DNA from: an uncultured Candidatus Saccharibacteria bacterium
GTDB lineage: Bacteria > Patescibacteriota > Minisyncoccia > Phycocordibacterales > WO2-35-19
Length of the DNA stretch: 29,797 nucleotides
NCBI GenBank assembly: GCA_964420745.1
Contig: CAYQUJ010000006.1
Span: 1-29,797, forward strand
Reading direction: 5' to 3'
Shown: positions 8,801 to 18,009 of the stretch, one piece after another
Numbering within the stretch: the stretch's first letter is position 1
Layout: each line of letters starts with the position of its first letter
Translations under genes and position numbers: made by a program
Notes under the pieces: generated by a model
What the model saw: only the letters and a program-made list of their open reading frames with translations
What the model was told of the DNA's origin: nothing
The model's database searches: none

Positions 8801-9818
8801 TTGTTTTATTGACTTTTACCTGGCGCATTTTTCTCAGTTCCTCTTTGATATAATCGAGAGACAAAAGCAACTTTTCCGTTTCTTTCAAAGAAAGCCTCTT
8901 GGTATTTTCCGAAGTATAATCATCTTCAATTTTATCAGCAACGCCCTGATTGTAAAACTGCTCGTATTTGTACCTAGCTCCGTCCCGAATGCGGTAAAAG
9001 CCCCCGAAATCTTCGGCATTTGCCAGCTCCAATTTGGTTGCCAGAGTTTCGTGAATTTTTTCTCCTGCTCGCACGCCAATTATGTCAATTTTATTCTTAA
9101 TTTTAAAAATGTTGACCATGGCCTGAGCCAGATCTCCCATGGTAGTCGCAGGAGCTTTTTTGATGAACAAATCCCCCTGCTCGCCGCGCTGTATGGCCAA
9201 GACCACCAAATCTATAGAATCATCCAGAGACAACAAAAACCTGGTCATGTTGGGGTCAGTCAATTGCAGGGGCTTTTTTTGTTTTATAAGTTCTATGAAA
9301 ACCGGTATTACCGAACCGCGAGTGGCCATCACATTGCCGTATCGGACGGCGCAAAAGACAGTGCTTTTTGATTCCCTGGCATGGGCTCCGATCAATTTTT
9401 CCGCCATAGCTTTTGATATACCCATAGCATTTACCGGATAGACGGCTTTGTCTGTACTTAAAAGCACCACTTTTTTGACACCATTTTCTTCGGCGGCATT
9501 TAAAACATTTTCAGTGCCCAGAATGTTGGTCTGCACCATTTCGATCGGAAAAAATTCTCCTGTCGGAACTTGTTTGAGAGCGGCAGCGTGAAATATATAA
9601 TCCACTCCCCGGCTGGCCTTGAGAATGGCGTCTTTATTCCTGACATCGCCAACCACAAAGCTTAGCTTGGGGTGGTTAAACTCGTACCGTATGTCATGCT
9701 GCTTCTTCTCATCACGACTGAATATAATGATCTCCGAAAAATGCTTATCGTTCAAAAACCGCTTAATTACAGCGTTTCCAAAGGATCCTGTGCCCCCAGT
9801 AATAAGCAATCTCGACAT
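8781..9818 (-). CDS. fnlA: FnlA/WbjB/CapE-type UDP-GlcNAc 4,6-dehydratase/5-epimerase
   Basis: TGGTGSFG, FSRDEKKQ, HAAALKQVP, LSTDKAVYPVNAMGISK (Met in place of the SDR Tyr, typical of CapE/FnlA), RYGNVMATRGSVIP, TDPNMTRF. Confidence 0.93.
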   Translation of the reverse strand: MSRLLITGGTGSFGNAVIKRFLNDKHFSEIIIFSRDEKKQHDIRYEFNHPKLSFVVGDVRNKDAILKASRGVDYIFHAAALKQVPTGEFFPIEMVQTNILGTENVLNAAEENGVKKVVLLSTDKAVYPVNAMGISKAMAEKLIGAHARESKSTVFCAVRYGNVMATRGSVIPVFIELIKQKKPLQLTDPNMTRFLLSLDDSIDLVVLAIQRGEQGDLFIKKAPATTMGDLAQAMVNIFKIKNKIDIIGVRAGEKIHETLATKLELANAEDFGGFYRIRDGARYKYEQFYNQGVADKIEDDYTSENTKRLSLKETEKLLLSLDYIKEELRKMRQVKVNKTNGNKKN

Positions 9819-9877
9819 AATGTCCTAGTTCTACACTACCAAGCGAAAATAATCAATATATTGACTTTTTGGAGAAA

Positions 9878-10588
9878 ATGATTATTATCCAGAGCAGAGG
9901 TGATGTTTTGGAAGACCAAAAAGTGTCTGTTTTGCAGGTTGCCATCGCTTTCATGTCTATGAGCGACTGGCCGGAAGATCCTCCTGATTTGGTTGTAGTT
10001 CACGGCTTGTCAGAAGAGATGTACGCTTCGAGCGATATCTTCTGGCATGTGAAGAGGTTGGTGGGGGACGGGTGGTGGTTCAATCTGGCCGTGGTCGGCG
10101 GGAGCGAAGAGATGGCCAAGAAAATCGGCTGGATAGGCCATGAAGCTCTCATTCAGCGTCTGGTTGATGTAGGCATCTATAAAGACGAGATCATGGTAAC
10201 CGACGAGATCGTACATTCAAAGTCGGAGGCTGTCGCCATCCTCAAGATGGCAAGAGGGCTCGGCTTCAAGAGCGTCGGCAGTATCTCAGTTGCCTACCAC
10301 GGCGGCAGAATGCTTCCTTACATGGTTGCGGCCATGAAGGAAGCCGGTTATTGGATTGACTACAGAATGCTTCCGCCACCGACAACTGACTGGTTTGCCG
10401 AAATTCTTGGCAGCCAGGGACTGAAAACGACCACATGTTTTCAGTCTGCGATTGACGACACCCTGAAGATCGAAGAGCACATCAATATGGGCTTCGCGGC
10501 CCCTTTTGAAGAAGTTATCCATTATCTGAGGAACCGGCAAGAAATCGTCCGGACTCAGGTCTGGGACTTCAAGAAGGGTAGAGATTGA
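9878..10588 (+). CDS. DUF218/YdcF/ElyC-like protein (divergent), antisense to the cluster
   Basis: Motif order DLVVVHG...AVVGG...GIYKDEIMV...HSKSEA...GFKSVGSISVAYHGGRM matches the YdcF pattern. ATG at 9878 follows GGAG; the track starts at TTG 9869. Confidence 0.6.
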   Translation: MIIIQSRGDVLEDQKVSVLQVAIAFMSMSDWPEDPPDLVVVHGLSEEMYASSDIFWHVKRLVGDGWWFNLAVVGGSEEMAKKIGWIGHEALIQRLVDVGIYKDEIMVTDEIVHSKSEAVAILKMARGLGFKSVGSISVAYHGGRMLPYMVAAMKEAGYWIDYRMLPPPTTDWFAEILGSQGLKTTTCFQSAIDDTLKIEEHINMGFAAPFEEVIHYLRNRQEIVRTQVWDFKKGRD

Positions 10589-10599
10589 GATTTGGACAT

Positions 10600-10628
10600 T
10601 GGGCTGGCGCTTGCGCCAGCCCATTTTT
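10600..10628 (+). terminator. Intrinsic terminator between convergent genes
   Basis: 10-bp stem TGGGCTGGCG / CGCCAGCCCA with a CTTG tetraloop, followed by TTTTT. Confidence 0.8.
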
Positions 10629-11736
10629 ATAATTTGGATTGGGAGAAAAGAAAATCGTACATTTTTTTTCCTATTGCATTTATATCAAATCTTTCTTGGG
10701 CCAATCTGGCCGCTCCTTCGCCAAGCTTTTCGCGCAGTTTCGGGTCAGTGAGTTTTAATAATGCATTTGCGAGCTCCTCAACATTTTGCGGCTCAACGAT
10801 GAGAGCCGACACTCCATCCTCAACATATCTATGCAGGTCACCAACTTTGCTCACAATAAGAGCTTTGCCCAAAGCGGCGTGTTCCGGAAATTTGGAGGGA
10901 AAGGCGTATTCGGTGATCATATCGCTCGGCCGGACAATGGTTAAGATGTCAGCAGCCATGAGAAGCGAGGGAACTTTTTCATGGGGCTGCTTCCCCAAAA
11001 CAAAGACCGCCTCAGATAGATTATTTTTTTCAATAAATTCCCCAACCGACGGATCAAGAGAGCTTGCGACAATAACAAGCTTAAACATGCCCCGTTTTTC
11101 TTCGTTTAATTTGGCCAACGCAGAAAGAACTAAATCAAGCCCTTGGTACCACTTGGTGTTGCCCGCATACCCGATAAGCAAAGCGTTGCCTTTCCACAAG
11201 AGCAATTCTTTGTCAGGCACAACGTCTCTGTTGAAGAGAGATAAGTCCACCCCCACGGGAAAAAGATGATAGGTACCGATGAATCTTTTGTAGTATTGAC
11301 CCAAAGGTACAGAACAGCCGGTGGCAAAATGTAAAAAGAGACACAAGAAATACTCTGTGTATTTCTGGAACATATACGAAACGATAGATAAATTTTTGTA
11401 CACTTTTTCCTCTTCAACGCGCAGACTGTGCATATCGCACCCTATTTTAGCCCTGGTTAAAATTCGGAGAAACGGGGCCAGCCAAATGCCGGCGCTGGTT
11501 ACGATATAAAAAATATCTATCTTGTTTTGCCGGATAAATTTGGCCAATTGCCAAGGCCGAGCATACGGTTTTGCCAAAAAAACTGTGCTGGCAAGAGAAA
11601 TTTTTTCTGGCATGATGCGGCTCGCATAATAAACGTCCGCCCTGTTTTTGATAAGATGAATCAGAATATTTTTCACCCGGATAGGAGTGCCCTTTGGTTC
11701 TGTAACATTACCGGAGAAATAAACGAGAATTTTCAT
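10627..11736 (-). CDS. Glycosyltransferase family 4
   Basis: PVGVDLSLF, IGYAGNTKWYQGLD, AFPSKFPEHAALGKALIVSKVGD. ATG at 11736 (MKILVY) preferred over 11805. Confidence 0.9.
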   Translation of the reverse strand: MKILVYFSGNVTEPKGTPIRVKNILIHLIKNRADVYYASRIMPEKISLASTVFLAKPYARPWQLAKFIRQNKIDIFYIVTSAGIWLAPFLRILTRAKIGCDMHSLRVEEEKVYKNLSIVSYMFQKYTEYFLCLFLHFATGCSVPLGQYYKRFIGTYHLFPVGVDLSLFNRDVVPDKELLLWKGNALLIGYAGNTKWYQGLDLVLSALAKLNEEKRGMFKLVIVASSLDPSVGEFIEKNNLSEAVFVLGKQPHEKVPSLLMAADILTIVRPSDMITEYAFPSKFPEHAALGKALIVSKVGDLHRYVEDGVSALIVEPQNVEELANALLKLTDPKLREKLGEGAARLAQERFDINAIGKKMYDFLFSQSKL

Positions 11737-11749
11737 GCGCAGAAAAATA

Positions 11750-12745
11750 TTACCAATAATGCCGGCCGTATTTTTTATAATATTTTGACATCCGGCTAAC
11801 TCCATCCTTCAAACGCACAGTGGCTTGCCATGCGGTATCTTTTTCGATTTTAGAGGTGTCAGCTATATAATTCCCAGTCTCATTTTTTTCATAATTTTCC
11901 GGCCAGGGAATATATTTCTTTTTGCCTGTTTTTATCTCACTCAAAATAGTGTCTACCATGAGCGACAAGGTGACGCGTTCTTTGGTGCCGATATTATAAA
12001 CTTCTCCGCTGCGCCCGTTTTCTGCAAGTTTGAGGCATGCGTCAACGATATCATCAATATAAAGATAGTCCCTTTCCTGAGACCCGTCGCCAAAAATAGT
12101 TATGGTTTGGCCATCAAGCGCTTGTCTCATAAACCAACCAACCACAGAATATTTGCTGTGTTTCATTTGCTGCCTGGGCCCGTAAGGATTGGGAATGCGT
12201 ATGGTTATGGTGTTTAATCCAAAAGTATCATGGTAGTAACGATAATATTTTTCCGCCGCCAGTTTATGAATGCCATATATTGATAACGGATTGGTAGGAT
12301 GTTCTTCGCTCACAGGCACTGTCAAAATTTTGCCATATGCTAACCTTGACGATGAAAACAGAACCCTACATTTTGGCGCAGCTTTACGTATAGCTTCCAG
12401 TACTACGAGATGGCCCCGGCAATTAATATCTAGATCAAGGAAGGGTTCGTTTTTGGAATCAATATAACTTACTTGAGCGGCAAAATTGAAAACAAAATCT
12501 TTTCCAGAAACTAATTCTAAGACCAATTTTTCATCACGAACATCGCCATTTATAAAAGTTATTTGCTTTTCAATGCCTTTGAGATTAAACAAATTGCCCC
12601 CATATAAGGGCAGCATGGCGTCTAGAACGGTGACACGAGCGCCAAGACCAACAAGCTCATGTGCCAAGGAACTGCCAATAAACCCGGCGCCGCCGGTGAT
12701 TAAAACTTCCTTGCCAGTAAATATAGACTTGTTTTTATTTTTCAT
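11750..12745 (-). CDS. Extended SDR NAD-dependent sugar epimerase/dehydratase/reductase
   Basis: TGGAGFIG, FNFAAQ, SSS, YGIHK, NPYGPRQ, GDGSQERDYLYIDD. Substrate cannot be determined by eye. Confidence 0.88.
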   Translation of the reverse strand: MKNKNKSIFTGKEVLITGGAGFIGSSLAHELVGLGARVTVLDAMLPLYGGNLFNLKGIEKQITFINGDVRDEKLVLELVSGKDFVFNFAAQVSYIDSKNEPFLDLDINCRGHLVVLEAIRKAAPKCRVLFSSSRLAYGKILTVPVSEEHPTNPLSIYGIHKLAAEKYYRYYHDTFGLNTITIRIPNPYGPRQQMKHSKYSVVGWFMRQALDGQTITIFGDGSQERDYLYIDDIVDACLKLAENGRSGEVYNIGTKERVTLSLMVDTILSEIKTGKKKYIPWPENYEKNETGNYIADTSKIEKDTAWQATVRLKDGVSRMSKYYKKYGRHYW

Positions 12746-12753
12746 AAGATTGA

Positions 12754-13296
12754 TCAAAAATATTCAGCGTCGCGGAACAAAGGCCATTTTTTATCCCTGT
12801 CGCATGATTGCGGATCCGTAACCCTCCAATCTATAGCTAGAGTCGGATCATTCCATGCGACCCCTCTTTCACAGGCAGCATCATATTCACCCGTGCACTT
12901 GTAAAGAAAATAAACTTCCGAAGACAAAGCAGAAAATCCGTGGGCAAAACCGGGCGGTATATAGAAAGACAGGTTATTTTCCCCGCTCAACTCTACACCA
13001 ATCCACTTGCCAAAACAAACAGAATCTTTTCTCATATCAACGGCAATATCCCATACTTTTCCTCTAATCACCGAGACCAATTTACCTTGAGCATGAGGAT
13101 TTAATTGATAGTGGAGGCCGCGTATTATTCCTTGCTTGGAATAAGAATAATTGTCCTGGACGAATGCGGGTATATTGTATTTGTCAAAATCGCTTTGCTT
13201 GTATTTTTCCATAAAAAACCCTCTCTCGTCTTCAAACACTTTCGGTTCAATAAGCAACAAACCCGGAATCGCCAATTGTTTAAAATTGAAGGACAT
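12754..13296 (-). CDS. rmlC: dTDP-4-dehydrorhamnose 3,5-epimerase
   Basis: VFEDERGFF, QDNYSYS..GIIRGLHYQ, QGKLV, YIPPGFAHGF, YKCT. Confidence 0.95.
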   Translation of the reverse strand: MSFNFKQLAIPGLLLIEPKVFEDERGFFMEKYKQSDFDKYNIPAFVQDNYSYSKQGIIRGLHYQLNPHAQGKLVSVIRGKVWDIAVDMRKDSVCFGKWIGVELSGENNLSFYIPPGFAHGFSALSSEVYFLYKCTGEYDAACERGVAWNDPTLAIDWRVTDPQSCDRDKKWPLFRDAEYF

Positions 13297-13297
13297 A

Positions 13298-14008
13298 TTA
13301 GAGCAAATTTAATCTGAGCAAAATCATGTCTTTGATGGTATTCAAAACCACCTTTGGTTTTGAACCAGAAGCTATCCCACTTTTCCTCTCATAATGCACC
13401 ACCGGAAATTGAGCGACTTTGAAACCCATCCTTTTGGATTTTAGAATAAGTTCCGCGTCTATAAAGCCGCCATATAAACTGCTCTTTATTTCTATTGAAT
13501 TGAGAACTTTTTTCTTAAAAATTTTCATGGAACAGTTTATATCCCTAAAATTAACGAGGAACAAGATTTTAATCAAAGAGTTGTGGACCCAAGATTGAAA
13601 TCTGCGAAAGAGAGAAACCGCCTTTTTCACGGCATATCCAGAAATGACATCATTAGTTTTTAGCAGATGCAAATATGGTTCAAAATCCCATATATTATAT
13701 TGGTTATCGCCGTCTGTGTACATCACATAATCATATTTTGCGTTTTCAAATCCCTCTTTCAAGGTCGCTGTATAACCTTTATTTTTTGCATGATGAATAA
13801 CTCTGGTATAAGGGAATTTTTTTGCCAAATTGTCCGCCACTTCCCCTGTGTTGTCGGGACTGCCATCTTCTATTATTACAATTTCAAATTCTTCGCTGTG
13901 TTTTTGCAGAAAATTAAAAACATTGGGTATAAGATCGGGCAAATTCAAAGCATCGTGGTAAGCCGGGCAAAAAAAGGAAATGGATTTTATTTTAAACTCT
14001 TCCGTCAT
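13298..14008 (-). CDS. GT2, DPM-synthase / polyprenol-phosphate glycosyltransferase-like
   Basis: PAYHDA, IIEDGSPDNT, NKGY, YTDGDNQY, RDINCSMK, FIDAEL, V.HYERKSG. ATG at 14008 (MTEEFKIK) preferred over 14065. Confidence 0.88.
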   Translation of the reverse strand: MTEEFKIKSISFFCPAYHDALNLPDLIPNVFNFLQKHSEEFEIVIIEDGSPDNTGEVADNLAKKFPYTRVIHHAKNKGYTATLKEGFENAKYDYVMYTDGDNQYNIWDFEPYLHLLKTNDVISGYAVKKAVSLFRRFQSWVHNSLIKILFLVNFRDINCSMKIFKKKVLNSIEIKSSLYGGFIDAELILKSKRMGFKVAQFPVVHYERKSGIASGSKPKVVLNTIKDMILLRLNLL

Positions 14009-15377
14009 ATCGCCGTAATTGGGTATGGTTAGATTTGTTAAATAAATGCAAGGTCCCCGAGACAAACAAAACGAACACGAAAGGCCAGGCTTGGAAAGAG
14101 AGCCGCGGGCCGGAAGCGGGCCCAGAAAGAAGCATTAAATAGCCGATTATAAACACAAACGACCAAGCTAACGGATTTTTCCTATCCTTCCACAGCCCCA
14201 ATATAGCAATTATGTAGATTAAAAGCCAACAAATTCTTTCTGCAAATTTCCACCAAACCGACAAGATTCCATTGAAGAAAGAGCTAAGATCCCCCGAGGT
14301 CAAAAACCTTATAATGCCCTCCTTAAATGGAGTCTTTATGTGCATGGCCGAATTATAGACATCTCTCCCAAAAGCAATGGAAGAAGGGAAAAGAAATGGC
14401 ACCGAAGAAACAATATGGTATTTAAGATAAGAAAAGGGCTTATCTAAAATAATTTTTTCTGCGGCAGAACTTATCTGACCGGAAAAACGAATGTCCTGAT
14501 AATTTGCTTCCGGCACTCCGGCTTCCTTTTCAAAATTTCTAGATTCTTCTTCTATACTGGTGCCGTTCAAGCTGGATAGAAATCTGGGAACCAACCAGGC
14601 GAGGTTAACCGCTTTGAAAGAATTGAAGCTAGCCACTCCCGTATGCACATAATTTCTCAAAACCCAGGGCGAAACAGCCAAAGAAACTATAAACACCGTT
14701 ATAAATACCGATTTCAATTTATTACGCAGACTTGCCTCGGAAGCCAAAATTAAAGAAGCAAACACCGGCAGGGAGAATAGCCCCAATCTGATATAGACGG
14801 AAAGAGAGACAATGACTGAAAGCGCAATTGTCTTCAAAACAATTTTCTCGTTATTAATGGAGAGAGCCAGATAAGATCCCAGTGTAAGCAAAAAAACAAA
14901 AAGGGTGTCGGTGAGAATAACCAAAGAAAGAACCAGAGTCACCGGATTGATTAAAAAAAGCAAGGCCGATATTTCGCCCACTCTTTTTGAAGCAAAAAAT
15001 ATTCCTATTTTTCTTATGAAAAACGCCGAGATAAAAACAAGCAAAATTTGGACGAGAGTTACCGCAAAATAGGATCTCCCAACGGTTTTCACAGCAGCAA
15101 CAAAAAAGGGGTAACCGGGGGTTCTCAAGGTTTCGATTCCCCCATCCACACCAAATCCTTTGCCATCCGCGATAGACTGCGAAAGCAATTCATACCCTTG
15201 ACTGTCTTCCGGAATAACAGGCAAAACTGGCTCTATCTGTTCCCTTTTTTGAATATCGTGAAGATTGATTGTAAAAAACCAAAAAGATATATACACAACG
15301 AACAAAACAACGAAAGCAATCTTAAACCATCCGGAAAAATCTTTAATCTCTTGTTTTATTTTTAGCAAGGTTAACAT
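13992..15377 (-). CDS. ArnT/PMT-like GT-C membrane glycosyltransferase
   Basis: Multipass protein with PEDSQGY, LRTPGYPFF, LTDTLF, SPWVLRNY and a C-terminal GPRL motif. Confidence 0.72.
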   Translation of the reverse strand: MLTLLKIKQEIKDFSGWFKIAFVVLFVVYISFWFFTINLHDIQKREQIEPVLPVIPEDSQGYELLSQSIADGKGFGVDGGIETLRTPGYPFFVAAVKTVGRSYFAVTLVQILLVFISAFFIRKIGIFFASKRVGEISALLFLINPVTLVLSLVILTDTLFVFLLTLGSYLALSINNEKIVLKTIALSVIVSLSVYIRLGLFSLPVFASLILASEASLRNKLKSVFITVFIVSLAVSPWVLRNYVHTGVASFNSFKAVNLAWLVPRFLSSLNGTSIEEESRNFEKEAGVPEANYQDIRFSGQISSAAEKIILDKPFSYLKYHIVSSVPFLFPSSIAFGRDVYNSAMHIKTPFKEGIIRFLTSGDLSSFFNGILSVWWKFAERICWLLIYIIAILGLWKDRKNPLAWSFVFIIGYLMLLSGPASGPRLSFQAWPFVFVLFVSGTLHLFNKSNHTQLRRYDGRV

Positions 15378-15390
15378 AAAAATTGGTCAG

Positions 15391-17085
15391 CTATGGTTTT
15401 AAATCGGGCGCGTTGCGGCAATCGTAAACTGTCGCGGAAATGCTTCGGTCGGTTTGTTTGTAGGCAATAATGCAAGAATCAAAATATTTTCTATAGAAAC
15501 TATTGGGATCAATGCGCGGGATATTTATTTCCAAATAATGCTCTTTGAATTCGTTTAGAGTGGCGATCTTTGCGTCCACACCAAATGCCGGATCAACATA
15601 CAACCTCTTTCTGTATTTACCCGTTTTTTGTATTTCATAGCCTCCGTTGTCATTGTAAACTGTCACTTTTTTTATTTCCGAGTTGTCTCGGATAAAGGCG
15701 GCTGCGCCAGCGAGCAACTGCGGAGCGCTACCGTTTATTTTTCCAAACAAATATTCTTCAACAAAAACTCCGTTATAGACCAGTCCGATAAAGACAGTGG
15801 CAAGCAGAGCGATTTTGCGCAAACGCGATTTTAGCAATCCGGAAGCAATAAAGATCACAGACAAAATCCAAGCCGCTGCCATAAAAAGAAACGATACATA
15901 AAAGCCGAGCGGACCGGACCCTCCGGTAAACGGGTATAGGAAATTCCATTTGAGAGAGATAACGCGCGCGACCCATTCGGCTTTGGGATGAAGCGGCGGC
16001 ACAAAATGACTGAGCAGTTGAAGGCCAAAAATCAAAATGGCCACGGCAAAAATCATAATGATATTCCGTCTTCCAAATTTTACATTTTTATCTTCAAATA
16101 ATTTTGCAGCGATAATTCCAGAGATCACACAAAGCGGCACAACCAAGAATTGAAAGTATCTGTCCAACGCCCCGATGGAAAAATCAAAAGCGAATAGATA
16201 GAAAAACAGGCCAATGAAAATGAACAGGAAAAGTGGCCGAGTTTTGCTCCAAATTTCCTTATCAACAAAAAACACCGGTAAAAACAAAAGCGGCGACGTG
16301 TACAAAATTGACTTGAAAAACTGGATGAAGGTTTGCAGCCAACCTCTGTCAAAAAAACTGGATGAGTTCCAAAAATGCTCCCAGTATTTAATAGAAGACT
16401 CCAGTTGAAAATACGGGAATATAAATTTTGAAGCGAAGAGCAATGCAACAAGGCCGATGGTGGAAGCCGCGCCAATGCCAAAATATTTTAAAACTTTTCT
16501 CCGATCAGCAAAAATATTTTTTTCAAGAGCAAAATCAAAAACTAAAGCAGCAACGCCAACCAAAAAACTCAGTTTTACCAAAAATCCAAAAATGACAGAG
16601 ATAACAAACAACAGAAGCCACTTCCACTTTGTTTTATCGATTTGAAAATTTGAGATCCTGAGTTTGTAATATGAAATTGCCGATAGCAAAAAGAAAAAAG
16701 GCATAATTGCCCCATCGGTATCAACCATTAAAGACGCCAAAACGGAGTAAAAAGAAATCGTAAATAAAAATATGCCTATGAAAGCAGATGTCGTGTTCGC
16801 AATGTTTTTCACCAAATAAAATAAAAGAAGCAGGTTAAGGCAAGAAAATAATAGCGGTGCAAATCTAAAATTGTCATAACCTACTGTTTGTCCGGCAATT
16901 TTGTATATAAATTCCCCTACTGGCGGATGTGGTATGCCACCCGGCTCAGTTAGCGCAGGATTAACGATAATAGGCCATTTGTATTCATCTTGATGGTAGG
17001 AGCGATGAACCGCCGGCAATCTTACAGCCAAAAAAAGCGCCAATATGGCCACAAAAACAAGGACTTCTTTCCTAGAAAATTTCAT
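15391..17085 (-). CDS. ArnT/PMT-like GT-C membrane glycosyltransferase
   Basis: Multipass protein with YHQDEYKW after TM1, HPPVG, SLMVDTDG, ALDRY and a C-terminal soluble domain. Confidence 0.7.
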   Translation of the reverse strand: MKFSRKEVLVFVAILALFLAVRLPAVHRSYHQDEYKWPIIVNPALTEPGGIPHPPVGEFIYKIAGQTVGYDNFRFAPLLFSCLNLLLLFYLVKNIANTTSAFIGIFLFTISFYSVLASLMVDTDGAIMPFFFLLSAISYYKLRISNFQIDKTKWKWLLLFVISVIFGFLVKLSFLVGVAALVFDFALEKNIFADRRKVLKYFGIGAASTIGLVALLFASKFIFPYFQLESSIKYWEHFWNSSSFFDRGWLQTFIQFFKSILYTSPLLFLPVFFVDKEIWSKTRPLFLFIFIGLFFYLFAFDFSIGALDRYFQFLVVPLCVISGIIAAKLFEDKNVKFGRRNIIMIFAVAILIFGLQLLSHFVPPLHPKAEWVARVISLKWNFLYPFTGGSGPLGFYVSFLFMAAAWILSVIFIASGLLKSRLRKIALLATVFIGLVYNGVFVEEYLFGKINGSAPQLLAGAAAFIRDNSEIKKVTVYNDNGGYEIQKTGKYRKRLYVDPAFGVDAKIATLNEFKEHYLEINIPRIDPNSFYRKYFDSCIIAYKQTDRSISATVYDCRNAPDLKP

Positions 17086-17108
17086 ATAAAAGTCTTACTT
17101 TATCCTAA

Positions 17109-17117
17109 AATATACCA
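17109..17117 (-). promoter_or_regulatory. Candidate extended -10 element
   Basis: TGGTATATT in the intergenic gap, 23 nt upstream of ATG 17085. Confidence 0.4.
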
Positions 17118-17139
17118 AAAAACAGAGATTAAAGGAAGA

Positions 17140-17886
17140 TTATTGATCCACCTTTTCTACAATCAAAAGTATTGAAACTCCAAATGGAAATTTTATATGT
17201 TTAAGCGTTTTTCTCTCAAAATTAAAAACTGAGAAAAATAATTTATTCAAAAACGGACTATTGATATCAAAATCGGATTGTCTTCTTTTTAAATTTAAAA
17301 TTCTGCTCATAATCCTGACAAAAGCAATGGGCAGAAAAAGAAACGTATTGAAGTAAGAAGAGAAGACCATTTTAAACTGTAGAGGGTTAAGAACTTTTCT
17401 TTTTATTTCGCCCAACGTGTATCTGCGATAATGGTGCGCCACTTCGTCCTGCACCCCCCACAAAAATTGGTAAGCCGGCACCATTATTATAAATTTTCCT
17501 TTGGGTTTGAGCACTCTTTCCGCTTCTTTTATAGCCCAAGATTCGTCCTCAAGATGCTCGAGCACATCCATAGATAGGACTGCGTCAAAAGTATTATCTG
17601 GATAATCCAGTTTATTGGAATTTTGGACTTTTAAATTTTTTATACCTTTGAGCCCCCCGTATTTAATAGCTTCCTCTGATATGTCTGTACCAAATACTTG
17701 ATACCCCTTTTCTTGAAGTTCACCAACAAAAATGCCGGAACCGCAACCAAAATCAAGTATTTTTAATTCACTTGGCTTCTGAAAGAAATATTTTTTCAAG
17801 ATGTCAGTGGCCATCATACGGCGAACCATCATAAACCAATGATTTTTCTCGGCTTCAAAGTAATTTTTGTAAAAATTCTTGTTCAT
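17140..17886 (-). CDS. Class I SAM-dependent methyltransferase
   Basis: EKNHWF, ILDFGCGSG, GTDIS, DVLEHL, VPAYQFLWGVQDEVAHHYRRY. ATG at 17886 preferred. Confidence 0.92.
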   Translation of the reverse strand: MNKNFYKNYFEAEKNHWFMMVRRMMATDILKKYFFQKPSELKILDFGCGSGIFVGELQEKGYQVFGTDISEEAIKYGGLKGIKNLKVQNSNKLDYPDNTFDAVLSMDVLEHLEDESWAIKEAERVLKPKGKFIIMVPAYQFLWGVQDEVAHHYRRYTLGEIKRKVLNPLQFKMVFSSYFNTFLFLPIAFVRIMSRILNLKRRQSDFDINSPFLNKLFFSVFNFERKTLKHIKFPFGVSILLIVEKVDQ

Positions 17887-17915
17887 ATTAGCTTTAACTC
17901 TCAAACTATTCGTGA

Positions 17916-17924
17916 AATATACCA
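17916..17924 (-). promoter_or_regulatory. Candidate extended -10 element
   Basis: TGGTATATT in the divergent intergenic region upstream of the methyltransferase. Confidence 0.45.
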
Positions 17925-17957
17925 GAAAACAGGCCTTGAATAAAGATTGAGCACATA

Positions 17958-17986
17958 TTGTAATTTAATACTCTATATGTTATAAT
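17958..17986 (+). promoter_or_regulatory. Sigma70-type promoter for the antisense DUF218-like gene
   Basis: TTGTAA, 17 nt, TATAAT with extended TG; SD-like AAGGCGG before ATG 18010. Confidence 0.75.
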
Positions 17987-18009
17987 GGAGAACGGAAAGG
18001 CGGTATTGA

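Noticed and set aside
8706-9371. 221-aa plus-strand ORF
   Set aside because: Antisense shadow of fnlA/fnlC, which carry strong family motifs; no recognisable features of its own.
9853-9864. 12-bp palindrome tcaatatattga in the divergent intergenic region
   Set aside because: It could be an operator or back-to-back -35 boxes, but it is AT-rich, single-copy and has no well-spaced -10, so it is not supportable.
9819-10600. 7-bp inverted match aatgtcc / ggacatt flanking the first antisense gene
   Set aside because: Too short to exceed chance, and no equivalent flanks the second antisense gene.
10589-10628. Integron attC sites after the antisense genes (also 18664-18710)
   Set aside because: No RYYYAAC...GTTRRRY cores and no integrase; simple terminators explain the hairpins.
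10592-11269. 225-aa plus-strand ORF
   Set aside because: Antisense shadow of a GT4; it starts at TTG just before the terminator hairpin and reads through it.
14770-14800. YIRLGLF lacking the RP seen in many ArnT-like proteins (possible lesion)
   Set aside because: The frame is intact and the variation cannot be judged without an alignment.
16639-16662. atttga-like repeat encoding RISNFQI, resembling a heptamer insert
   Set aside because: The period is 8 rather than 7 and there are only two or three degenerate units.
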